A stretch of DNA of 64,000 nucleotides from Phoronis australis (lineage: Eukaryota; Animalia; Phoronida): the NCBI GenBank assembly GCA_002633005.1, contig NMRA01000239.1:424195-488194 (forward strand), written 5' to 3'. Position numbers and translations under genes: made by a program. Below are positions 11,560 to 23,523 of the stretch, piece by piece (the stretch's first letter is position 1; every line of letters starts with the position of its first letter). A model generated the notes under the pieces. The model did not search any database. It was not told the DNA's origin and saw nothing but the letters and a program-made list of their open reading frames with translations.

Positions 11560-14072
11560 CGGATTGTAAAGAAAATCTGGCAACTCGTCAACACACAGGA
11601 AACTTGAAGGGCGCGAAGTTTTAACTTTTACATTGGTTGGCTTGTTGGATAAGAGAGTTCGTAGGTGTCTGATTTATACATTTGCGCGTCTGCGAAAATC
11701 GACAAAGATCCTTATTCACGAGTGATTTTTGTAATTCATAAACAAATGGCGTAAGAATCTGACGTGTCACTGATTGATGCAGATTGAACTTCGGGTAATC
11801 GATGTCATTCGACCATAAGCAGCGATTTCGATAGACGTTCTTTGCCAATTATTTTTGTAGATCCATTGGATCCCAACATTAGCAGTGACAATCAAAAGTT
11901 GATGGACATGAAGCAATGAACATTGGACAGGCAATGTTATCGGACTGACCGGTGGGTTTCTAAAAGACTATACCGAAGAAGGTCACAAACATGACAGCAA
12001 CTGACAAATCAGTTCAAGTTGGTGACGGTGTCGAATGTGTGCAATATCACTGAAATATAGTCAACGGTGATGGCATTGTTGTCTAACAATGGTGACATGA
12101 CGTCATGAGCTTGCTCCAATACCTACTGCAAATTTTGCAGAAAAAGCGATGAGCCTTGTAAAAGGCATATCAGCCTTTTAAAAAGTCCTTGCAATAGGAG
12201 GTGTCCACAAGGAATTACGGATGTCCAGAATTTGACGGTCATTGATGGTTCAGATCTTCTGTGGACTGAGGGAGAGTGATGTCTTCCTGATATTTGAAAG
12301 ATACCGAGACTTCAGCATCAAGCCTATCACAAGGGATGGGAGAGAAACTGGTGTCATCGACACCCACCACTTGCACGTAACTAGAAGGTTACATGCTCAA
12401 AGGTGATCTTGAGTTCACCCGAGAACACAAAGGCAGCCTATTAGAATCATATGTGATGAGCTAGCTACAGACATACCACTTCACACTAGCATGAGGAACA
12501 CAAGCTTGTAATCACTGGGAAAGACCCCAGTCCCTTGAAACCGAACAAAAGTATTGGCAGTAGGTACATGTATTATCTGGAGACATACCACGAAGAAGCC
12601 GACATCATTATTCGTCTACCAGCTCGTGACATGTGGATGTGAAGCTAGTAAACATTCGGTCGTTTTGGACGAGACCAATAATTTTGTGCTTCGTTTGCAT
12701 TACTATGACAAGGAACAGGTTCAAATGTCACAGCCATGGAATAACCTAGTAAGCGTAAAACAGTCGTAGCTACATTACGTTGACAGTGGAAACATGTTCG
12801 TGACATTTTGAAGGGTTTTCTGTCTGCCAATGTGCTGTAAGGGTACCACGGTGGCATGCTACGTTGGAGTTGAAAAGGGACCCGTTGCTTAACATTGAAG
12901 GTGAGCATGACCTGCCTGCTAATGTAATAAAACAGGCCACTAAATTTTTTGTCTACCTGGAGTGATACGGATTGAAGGGATCCAGGAAGATGTCATGGAC
13001 CAAACTACGTATAATATGGGGATGAAACATGGCAAGGGATATACTCCACGTCCGCCCTCAAACTGTGTGACTCTGTCACTGACAACAAAGGCATTTGCAG
13101 AGAACATAAAAGATCCCATTATCAGCTCAACTAGCACCAGATCTAGAGGACTATGTATGGAAGATAGATGTCATAAACAAATCGCTCTCACTAACTACAG
13201 TTCTGGATTGTGTCCAACTTCCGGCCCACCCCCCAACTGCCTACTGGAGATGATTAGATGTGGTTGCAAAGGTCAGATTCCTTGTTATTCACGTAGATAC
13301 AGTTGTAGCGTCAATTGTCCACCCTACACAATATTTTGGACATGTTACACAGTAGTGTGCTCACGTTCTGCGTCTTGAATGGGAATTTGAAACATCTTGT
13401 AATTACATGTATGCCTTACTCGCTTAGGCAATTATCCTGGGATTATGCAATTAAGCAATTTGGTCATCTACTAGATCTACCCTGGGTATCAGAGCAAGAT
13501 GGAATTTGGAATGTCTGTAATAAATTCGTGATGTAATGACAGATTTCACTAACTTCAATAACCAAGGAAACATCAGTACAAATACCAAAATAATCTACAT
13601 GTAGAACTTCCGTAAGAAAGTTGAGGGCAAAATAATAATGGCCGCCTTTATTTGAATAAATTATACAAATTTATTATGCAACAAATTGCAAACTGATTTC
13701 ATTAAGCTAACTGACATGATAGGTCACTTGGGTGCCTGGTACCTTAGCTATAAGCACAAAAAGAATTTGAATAAGGGCGGCCTTAATTTGAATAAATTAT
13801 GCAAATTCACGATGCATCCACCAATGAACTTGCACTTTAAAGTTTTCTGTCCCTGGAAACATGGGTGAAATTGTCAAAATAATCTGTCTGCAATGCGTGG
13901 AAAGGAAATTAAAAGCAAATATAGAATTTTGCATAATTACGGCCTTGATTTGAGTATTTAAAAAATACCCAAGAGTTGCCAACAGTTACCTTTACACATA
14001 ACCCTTCATGAAACAGCAAAGAAAAAAACTTTATCTAGAAAATCCAGGCTTAGCCCCCTGGCTCCCGGACTA
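11560..14072 (+). mobile_element. Academ-type DNA transposon, 5'-truncated and frameshifted
   Basis: Broken + frames give HELAPIP, VFLIFERYRDFSIK, HEEADIII, VVLDETN.FVLRLHYY, TTKAFAENIK and C-terminal PPNCLLEMIRCGCKGQIPCYSRRYSC (XPG-like plus Cys-rich finger). Ends ...CTCCCGGACTA (reverse complement TAGTCCGGGAG, a TAG terminus); subterminal direct repeats at ~13640 and ~13776. Confidence 0.7.
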
Positions 14073-14502
14073 ATTTCCTTGATCCACAAAAAGTGAATAG
14101 TTTGCGAGTAACACTTGAAAAGAATACTCAAACTCTGTTTCGTAGGAGTACGTGGCCTAGCGTTGGGTTTTGGAAACATCTGACGTATACGGGCGTATTT
14201 ATGCCCATGCGCACATGTCCTAGATGACTTTTTTCGAAAAGTGTTTGGTGCTCATAGGTGCATGCGCCAAGCTTCTCTTGAAAGCAAACGCGATCATCCT
14301 TGGTATATGTGGATGGGCGTTTATGTGGATCTAGACTCTAGAGTCCATTCTGAGTGGTTTTCAATTGGATTAATGCTATAACAAAGTCCGCCGGGCTCAG
14401 TGCCCAATCTGCTTGCCGACCACTGAGTCTAGGGGAAACCGAGTCCCCTGACAACGGTCATCGACCTGATAACACTACATTAACATAAAAGAAAATACTT
14501 AC

Positions 14503-14610
14503 AAAACATGCCTGCGTATACGGCGGTGTGTCGAACGAGGCTGATGGCGGTAATTGACATGATGCTGAGAGTACCGGCCGCGAACACCGTAAAACCATAC
14601 ATCATACAAC
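14503..14610 (-). CDS. Opsin internal exon: TM3 (not in the ORF track)
   Basis: Acceptor ttttgttttgtcatAG, donor T|GTAAGT; 108 bp, phase 1/1. Encodes (G)CMMYGFTVFAAGTLSIMSITAISLVRHTAVYAGMF and joins both flanking exons in frame. Confidence 0.9.
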
Positions 14611-15309
14611 CTATGACAAAACAAAACATATGTCTTAGAGAATATAATACCCATGCAAATATTTAGACGAAAGGTGAAGCCTCATCTGTATGCGTTTTAT
14701 TGCAGGAGTAAAACCGTATAAAACGTCATTCATTTTATACTCATGGCGCACAACCACGAGTAAAATCACCGAGCCTTCCATCGAAATAGAAATTCCTATT
14801 TTTTGTCCGTATTTACATGTATCATGGCAAACAAAAGTTGAAAAAAACATTTCGAAAATCGATATTGGTAATTCAGATATCAAAAGTCGGATTTGAATTC
14901 ATTTCCGATTCTCCTTGTGGGCGATTTAAAAAGTTTCAGAATCATACAATGAGCCCATGCTCGCTGTCAATATAGGTGAATTTTACAGTCGACGTTGGAA
15001 AATGTGATGCTCGCTGTGTAGTGAACATTAATTTCCAAAGGTGTATTTCCAAATTACTAAACAATTATTGACTTTCACCGGCGGAGGTCAAAATGATTTT
15101 TAGATTCTAAACAGGTAACAATTACGACTACATCAGCTAATGGAGTACATGGATGGGCTTTTGATCGTATGTCTACCACGTGTCAGTCAGCTACCAGTTT
15201 TTTTACAAAACGTGGTGGAGAGATATCGGAAAAATCCAGGAAATGCTGGAAATAGACAAGGTACAATCGGCTATACTTTGGGCACAAATAACAAACCCGT
15301 TTAACGCAA

Positions 15310-15610
15310 TTTTCACCGATTACGTCCATTTTCTCCCAACATGTCCACTTTGACCCACTATCCCCATTTTTGTTTGCCAGGTCCATTTTCACCCATTAAA
15401 TCAATTTGCACTCATTAAACCGGTGCGATCAATTTATCCATTGTTAAAAATAAGACCTGTTTCCCAAAGGTGGATTAAACGGCCATCAATTTTCTTTTAA
15501 TCAAAGAGACTGACATGGACATAATCGGTCAGGGGTATTTGACCAATTTTGACCATTTTGACCCATTATATATGTCTATTTTGCTTATTAAATCCATTTT
15601 GCCTTCAAAA
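15310..15610. repeat. Degenerate tandem repeat (ccattttgac-like)
   Basis: Recurring tccattttc / ccactttgacc / ccaattttgaccattttgaccc units. Confidence 0.5.
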
Positions 15611-16865
15611 CAACTTTCATTCGTTAAGTCGGATTTCATTCATAAGTTAATTGCAAAAAATAATTTAAATGTCGCAGGGATTGATCATAACGGCTATTTA
15701 TTCCCTTTTGATGAGCTATGCTGAAGTCGGATTTGATTCATTAGCTTAGCGTTGAAAGTATTTCGTATTTTACGAAGGTAGATTAGAACGTTTCTAGCCG
15801 TTCAAAATTCACCTTGGCATAGACAACACTGTGTCTTTTTCATTCTCTTTCAAAACATGAATATTTTATCAAAATTATATTCATCTCCCTTGAAGTATAA
15901 TTGCAGTTCTAAGTCCGACATTTGTAGGAATTCATTTTACACTCGCTTATTGTCACCAACACAAGGCGTGTTCTTACACTGTTGAAATATAACGGTTTCT
16001 GAGCTTAAAATAGAGGTTTAAAAATAATTAACAGTTACTTAAATTAGCACTACAATGCAACAGGTTTGGTGTGAAGGCTACTTCCTTTTCGAAGCTCTTT
16101 TGATCTATGAGACATAATGGCGGCTAAGGCTACACACTAAAGCCAAAACCAACCAATGAAGGTAAAGATAGTCAGTTGCTGATGTCTCAGTGCAAGTATT
16201 GCGATAATGAGCATGAGTCACGTATGATGAGTTTGGCACCAATTAAGTCCACAACGTTCTTTTAGATAATTTGGTTTTAACCAAATTGTCTAAAAGTGCG
16301 TTGTGGACTAAATACGAAAAACAATTAAAATTGTTTTTCGTATTCAGTTACCTCTCACGGTTACATTTTACGTCATTACATACCGTCACAAAGCTAATTA
16401 GTTGAACTCACAAACTTAGAACTGGAAAAAATGAAATCAGTATGGTGATGTTTAATATGTCGGCCTAAAGAAAATTGATCATGGGCTAGACCCTATCTTC
16501 GCCAGGTTTTCGGTAGAAATACGTTCAGTGATGTTTATGTAGCTAGGAATAATGCTGTGCGGGTAAGAACATAACGTTGCCTCCCACCAAGCACCCGCCA
16601 TTGCGCCTACTTGACTAGCATCTGTTAGCGGCGTAGCTGAGTCAGCCTTGCTACCGCTCTCACCCATTTTCAACTGTGCACGATAGCCTACATGAGCATT
16701 TTTACGATGTCGACTTGCTCAAATATTGGGCTAGAATTAGCGAACACAATTATAGAAAATTGATTCACAGAAGGCTTATCTTTCAGTTGCTAACCTTAAC
16801 ATATATTTAATTAAGGCTAACAACTTATTCAGAATAACCATACTGTCCTCACATTGGGTCCTAAT

Positions 16866-17014
16866 GAGGGGAGGATCCAGGATTTTTATTTGGGGGGGGA
16901 GCCAGGATTTTACCCATCAGACATTCGCATCCCCGAACTGCCAAATGGAATCTGGGAGAGTTTTAGGGGGGGGTGGGGCATGGCCCCCTTGGCCCCACTC
17001 TATATCCGCCACTG
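16866..17014. mobile_element. hAT-like MITE family B with 5-bp TSD (ctaat)
   Basis: ctaat|gaggggaggatccagg...tatccgccactg|ctaat. Confidence 0.75.
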
Positions 17015-17160
17015 CTAATAAGAATAAGACCAAACTATAATACCTATGTACAAGTCTTGAAAAGGCGTGGGGATATAGATCCCAAACATTTTTAAGTCTG
17101 ATCTACACGCAACCTGTTGGCCACATCAGGTGACTTAATGAACAATAGTCTGAAAAGATT

Positions 17161-17237
17161 TCCGCCCCGAGCGGGACTCGAACCCGGGGCCTTCAACTAA
17201 CCGTGCAAATACTCTAGTCCACTGAGCCATCGCTACC
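17161..17237 (-). mobile_element. tRNA-derived SINE head
   Basis: Minus strand GGTAGCGATGGCTCAGTGG...GGGTTCGAGTCCC has Pol III A and B boxes; the acceptor stem does not pair, so not a true tRNA. Confidence 0.7.
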
Positions 17238-17994
17238 ACTGGTCGATCACGGAAATCCAATCAGACTAAGCACTGGGCATCTCGCCCATAAACTCGTGAG
17301 TGCATATAAACGTTCACTAGACCACAAACAGAAATACGCGCGTGGTTCACATGTACCACGCAAGGGCATATCTCATTCGATAAAACATGATGGATTTGCT
17401 GTACTGACAGCAAAACACAGGACACAAATTTCCTGCTAATGCTTGGTCAGTATCTCTTACACCACGACAAACAAAATCAGATGTAGCTGTTATAGTGTGA
17501 GTTTCTGTGACACTAAAGGTAAATGTTTTTAACGCGTTAGGCATACGATAAGTGTATGGTAGATGTGAACCCCGAATGTTATACGTTAAAATATTAGTTA
17601 AACGATGGGACTGCCAATCTACCTCTCTAAAGAGCCTAATCTATAATGCACAGAAGTTTTTACGCTGAAATCACCCCGTAGTGTGAGAAAAATGCATCCC
17701 CACCGAAAACCAAATAGCGGAGGTTGTAAAAGGCAAAGCGACTACATCTTGTTACAGCTAGACAAGGTCAGTATAGAGACAGGAATTAAAACTGCAAAAA
17801 TGATTTCTGGTGTCATCTAGTTTCAGGAGCTATATTTGAATTTCATATAGCTATTATTTTTTGCTACACGGACCCGTTTTTGAGGGAGGGGGGGGGAGGA
17901 TCTTGTGCGATTACATGAAGCCTAAACTAAATAAAAGTATAACTTGACCTATCACACGTCATCGACTTCTCGGGGTCAATTAAGGAAAACTCCT

Positions 17995-18130
17995 GGGTAA
18001 ACTTCAGTGACATCAGATCCTCGCTAGGACCTCGCTAAAAACAAGACTTCGCACGATTACTCGAGTCTTTGCCATGTATTTTCAATAAGAGGAGGTGATT
18101 TTGGCTGGATTTTTCACGGCGCGAGACAGT
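17995..18130. mobile_element. MITE family A, copy 2
   Basis: gggtaaacttcagt...ctcgctaggacctcgctaaaaacaagacttcgc. Confidence 0.75.
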
Positions 18131-18651
18131 TGTTTGGCTCTAGCCATAATGTCAGGATGCGTTGCGTCTGTCGCGAAAGGTGCTAACAGGTTTAGTTACA
18201 TCATAGCTTTTCAATCAGAATAGAAATTCAGATTCAGTTTCTCCTTCTTGTTCTCAATATTAACAAAAACATTCCAAATCATGTGACTGAGGTACGCTAA
18301 ATTTTTACTGTCCGGTACACCTATGAAAATGCAAATTTCACATACCAAAATACGTTTAAGTAATTGTCTGTTGGATACTTTGTTAAAAGTTACGGGCGAG
18401 ACTGTATGTGTCGTGCACTTCGCCAGCGACAGACTATGGAGAAGGGTTATGTTTCCTTCTTTGACCTATATGGAATTGAGCGTGTCATGTGCAACTGAAC
18501 TGAAATGTACGCGTTGTGGTGAAAAAACACTTTTTGGTGTTCATCGGATATTTGCTTTGTAACACAAGAACATCTTGGAGAGGTGTTACTGAAGTTTTAA
18601 AACACCATCTTTATTATTGGCAAGAAGAAACTGACCAGATGCATTTAAAAC

Positions 18652-18744
18652 AGAGCCCAGACAAGCACTAGCAAGAGAGCCCAGACAAGCACTAGCAAGA
18701 GAGCCCAGACAAGCACTAGCAACAGAGCCCAGACAAGCACTAGC
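18652..18744. repeat. Minisatellite, 24 bp x ~4
   Basis: agagcccagacaagcactagcaa(g/c) repeated head to tail. Confidence 0.95.
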
Positions 18745-20439
18745 TTATGGCAAGTCCTAATTCAACAAGTAAAAAACTAAAAAAAAAGCATTTTATTACA
18801 GTGACGATGGTCATGCAAGTAACAAAAACCCTAGAGCAGTTTTGGAGACCAAAATTTGACTTAAAATCACGAAGATATCAAAATAAAAATAAGGACCAAT
18901 AATAAGCATATTTTCAGAATCCCTGTGACTGTTGAGATGAAACCTCGGAAGACACTCGACCTGTACAATTTGGCTGAGAAGTTTTCGCGGCGGCCGCATT
19001 GTGGAGCGCTCAACGGCCGCATGACTTACTTTGCTTCAGATCACGAACCCGTGACAACAGTAGGCCTAATTATCAAAATATGGAACGCGAAAGCTTGACA
19101 AAAGTATCTTTTAAACAATTTCTGACGAAAGTACCACTTCGCAACGTCTAGTACAAAGTAATTCTCTTTACAATGTGAATCTACAGAAAAATCACGAAAT
19201 TCACGCTTTTTGAAATACACACGAATGAAAAACTGTGGTAACCACAGAGTTTCTAATCTAAAGGTAAATGCGCGCATGCGCTCAAAGTCAGTTGCTTGAA
19301 ATTGCTTGAGATCAAAGGTCACATTTTCCATGTGTTGCCATACCAAAAAAAGAAGACGTGCTTCGCTTTATCGGAGATAAGTTGACAAAGTAGACGCATT
19401 TCAACACTCCGCGTTGCTCTTTAGCGCTGCAATAAATCCTCATTTAGTGCAAAGCTGTAACAAATCTGGCCGCACCTAATACAGCAGCTAGTATTGGTTG
19501 GTACAATCGTACTAATACCGGGGCTGTAATAATTTGTAGCTCATCCGACCTTTCTGAATTATTTAACTGGGTTTCCGTTAATGTAAGTACATGTAAGATA
19601 AGAGAACACTATTTTAGCGTACACGCTTTCAGCGTGAATGTACCTCTTTTTTGAGTACAGATAATCTAACGACAGTCTTTTCTAAAGGGATATCAGAAAA
19701 ATAGCATTTTGTAAAATTACATCTTTGCACGCATTTGTATTTTTTTACTGGCAGTTCAGAAAATTTTAAGTTCTTCGCTATTCAACTGCGGCAGCAATTT
19801 TGTTCGTGCATCATCAGACTGTTTTGGAATTCCATATTTAATTCTGATTATTTCGAAACATTTGATAACCCCTTGAAAAAGCGTCAATCGGCACGAATTT
19901 CAACTACATGTAGATTGATTTGCGGTCTAATTCCTTTCATGAAATTTATAACTGAAAAGAATTGAACTCGGCCATTCGTTAAAGAGAGTAGTACTTTTCT
20001 TCGATGAGTACCAGAAAACACGAAAAAAACCCGCATCATTACAAAACGTTTCAGTGAATTTTTATATGTAAAACAATCTTTCCACATCAAACCAGCATAC
20101 CCATTGACACAAATGTGGTGATTTAGATTGTAACGGCAAAACTGAACTCATTCTCTTTACTTCAGATAAGAACCGGCTGTGAGCTCTGGAGGCCAGCTAA
20201 TGGCAGACATTTCCTCAACCATACTGTTGCTCATGTGCAGTGTACTTTCATTTACTGATTCTCATATGGTTGAGAAAGGAAGTACCTTTAGGTTGGAGTC
20301 GAAGCTGATAGTCACGGCAATGGCTAGAGTGTTTACAATATCCACTCACCTTTGAAGCGTTTCACTCTCTTTCGCAGTTTTTAATGAAAGAAAAGTTTCA
20401 TAAAGTAAAGACTACAAACGTGTTTGATCATCAACTCAC

Positions 20440-20616
20440 CGATCTGCCCAAATATCCATCGGTGACTGAAGCACGAAATGGCCGACATGAGTGATATTGT
20501 TGCATGCAGTGTGTCGTCAATGGCCAGGGTTGCCACTAACATGTCAAACAGGCTCCGTTTCTTGAGACGGTAAGTGTGGCGAAAGACGAAGAAGTTCAAA
20601 GAATAGCATAGCAGGC
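20440..20616 (-). CDS. Opsin internal exon: TM1-ICL1-TM2-ECL1
   Basis: Acceptor gttttattttacAG (20618-20617), donor G|GTGAGT; 177 bp, phase 1/1. Encodes (G)LLCYSLNFFVFRHTYRLKKRSLFDMLVATLAIDDTLHATISLMSAISCFSHRWIFGQI: N1.50, LAxxD and an Opn5-like ISCFxHRWxFG motif. Confidence 0.9.
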
Positions 20617-20629
20617 CTGTAAAATAAAA

Positions 20630-21636
20630 CATCTTTCTGTTTGGAACCCACCAGAAATTAAAACAACAAAAACTATCCCTTTCTATCAACGGTTCTCCCA
20701 TCGAGAATGTTGACAAGTTTAAGTACTTGGGCCTTATTTTAGATCCCAATCTTAAATTTAATATGCACACAGATCATATCACAAAGAAATTATCAAAGAA
20801 AATCGGTGTACTTAAACGTCTAGGCAAATTTCTTAATGTCAGTACTCTCAAGACTCTTTACCATTCTATTATTCAGCCTCATATTGATTATTGTATACCG
20901 GTTTGGGGGGCACACTAGTGACACACTTGTCAGCAAAGTCCAAGTAATCCAAAATAGAGCCGCCAGGGCTATCCTGGGTACTAGAATTAGGGACACTAGG
21001 GTTGACGACTTGTATTCCAAGCTGGGATTTATGAAAGTAAGACAAAGAAATAAAAATCTCTCTGTCTGTTGTATGTACAGATGTATCAATGGCTTGACTC
21101 CAGCAAATCTCAGCAGTAAATTCAATAGCAGTCAGGCTGTATATTCTACACGTTCTTCTGTTGCTGGCAATGTTTCTTCTAAAAAAATTAAAACCGAGAC
21201 GGGCAAGAGATCTTTTATCTATGCAGCTGCTGTAATATGGAATTATCTTAGCCCAGAAATTAAACGGTCCAATTCAATCACTACCTTTAAAGTAAATATT
21301 AAAAAGTGGCTGTAATTTACCTAACCTTTTATACCCTGCCTGTATTAATCATGTCATTTTTTCATTGTCGTAAATACTCTCACTGTCTAGAGTCATCTCT
21401 TAATTTATTTCATCTGTCTTAGTTAAATTTTTACCATTATTCGTCATTTAGTTAATGTCTTAATTCTCAACCTGTTTTAATTTTATCTTTGTTACGTATA
21501 TTTCATTGTTGTTTTATTACTTCATTGTATTATATTACTGTTTTTCTTGTTGAAGGCCCTCTTGGAAAGCAGTGCTATCACTGAAGAGGTCACCCTCATT
21601 TTAAATATCACAATAATAAATAAATAAATAAATAAA
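20630..21636 (+). mobile_element. 5'-truncated CR1/L2-clade LINE (RT C-terminus, 3'UTR, (AATA)n tail)
   Basis: FLFGTHQKL...VDKFKYLGLILDPNLKFNMH...YHSIIQPHIDYCIPVWG, a frameshift in a G run, then KVQVIQNRAARAILG...GKRSFIYAAAVIWNYLSPEIK*; ends in aataaataaata. Confidence 0.92.
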
Positions 21637-21939
21637 TGGACAAAACAATAATCTTCGAGAACAGAAACAGTTAAAAATTCGTTTATTTATTGAGACGTTT
21701 TATCGCGCTGGATTTTAAAATGTGGCTAAGGTTGTTAAATCTTCATTTGCATGGACTTGACTAAGTACATGTACGACCAACGACAGATTATGACGAGATT
21801 CTTATCATTAACAAATGTATGTCTTATGAAACGTTACAACGACGTTCAACTCTTTTGAGAGTAGACATATTTTAATTTTCATCAATGCACTTAGAATTTG
21901 ACCTGATATGAATACTGTGAATTAATTCACAGCATACCG

Positions 21940-22072
21940 GGGTAGAGTTCACTAGCTGTCTCACGGAGAGATAAATCTAGTCAGAATCCCGTGCTCTCAT
22001 TTGAAATACACGGCAATATCTCGCGTGGTCTCGCAAAGTCTTGCTTTTCTAGCGAGGTCCTGAACTCTACCC
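21940..22072. mobile_element. MITE family A, copy 3
   Basis: gggtagagttcac...tgaactctaccc; internal orientation reversed relative to copy 1. Confidence 0.8.
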
Positions 22073-23368
22073 GGGATATTCTGCGAACAAGTCTTCCAAA
22101 TATAGGCCCGTGGGACTAAATTCGCAGCCACGATTGATCCTTTCTATGATTAATGATCTTGTTATTCTTGGAGCTCATTTATATTGCAGTAGCGGCATGA
22201 AATCTTTTTGATGAGTGATGTCGAACACGATGACCGAAATGCTAATGACAACTGCAACAAGAAGGTTGTAAAAACAGTCGATTCCAGTGTTCAGAGACAC
22301 TTATATAACTATGCCTGGGTCACTTCGAATTTTGCCCAAGAAAAATTTCACTCCGGTGTTTTTCTCGAGTTGAATTAATGTGTTGAATCTGAGAAAGCCA
22401 TAAATACCAATTTCCGATATAAAAATGTGCAAACACAAAAACTAGTCTTACAGGAATAATTGTTTCACTGTCTGTCACAATGAATGTTTCCAAAAACACT
22501 GTAAACCACGAGATATTTATTGTTGTTTAATATCAACGTTTGTAATCATACGTTGATTTTAAGACATCTGTATTGGCAACTAGAGAGACATTCGTCGGGA
22601 CATGTTTTACGATCTGTATTCCGGTTATAGACCACGTATTCCTAACATATGCCTTGCATATGTTGTCGAAAGTTAAATGGCCATTGAAGGAGTGCGTGTT
22701 TTTATTATTTTAACTACTTTTTGAGTAATTGGAAATAAATATATGAAAAAAACTTAAAAAACACAAAATCTCGAATAAATTGGGAACAGTAGGCTGCAGC
22801 AGGATACAGATAACACAATTCCTTCAGTGGTTGACGAGATCTATCGACATACCACATTCCAGAAAAATCCCTCAAAGGACCGCAGAGCTTAGAGCTCCGC
22901 GAAACAAAATATCGAAACTTTGCCGCCAGAGCTCTACTTTTGCGCCAATTTTTCCGAAAACAACCTACCAAGAAATATTAACGAGGTACACGTTGTGTGT
23001 GAATTTCATGTGGAATGAACAAAAAATGGAACTTGTAGCGTGCGTCTAAACAAAAAACAAACTTCATGATAAAGCAACTGCCGATGACCACAGCAAAGCT
23101 TGGTCAACATACGTAGACGAGTTGAGAAGAATGTCAATACCGAACGCACCATTGATGGTGCTTATATCGCAGCCAACATTATTCAAGATGGTGTCCACAT
23201 CGATGCCAGCGCAAACAGCCACAGGACAAGAACAACATAACGTCCACAGGGGCGCCGTCTAGGTCACCTCGGCCGACATCCTTCAATAACCGAAACGACA
23301 ATGACATAACCCTGAACAAAAAGCGCTTCAAACCACCCCACCCCCGCTAACAGAATGCAACTGAAAAA

Positions 23369-23523
23369 CAGTGCTGTTGTGCGGCGTAGGCGCACGTAGG
23401 CGCAGCCAACCACCTCTTGGCATTTGAACGTAGCGCCTGCGCACCGTAAGTTACGTTCAGTGCTCAAGGTGATACGGTGGGCTTGGGCGCCTACTTACCT
23501 TTAATTTTCCCACTACAGCACTG
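23369..23523. mobile_element. hAT-type MITE (8-bp TSD) nested in the LINE
   Basis: ctgaaaaa|cagtgctgttgtg...cactacagcactg|ctgaaaag; partial second copy at 39288-39382. Confidence 0.85.

Noticed and set aside
17161-17237. Functional tRNA gene
   Set aside because: The acceptor stem cannot form; only A/B boxes are retained, consistent with a SINE.
18652-18744. 24-bp repeats as a CRISPR array
   Set aside because: No spacers, no cas genes, eukaryotic context.
20381-20770. 129-aa ORF as a single-exon gene
   Set aside because: Its N-terminus is antisense LINE sequence; only 20440-20616 is exon.
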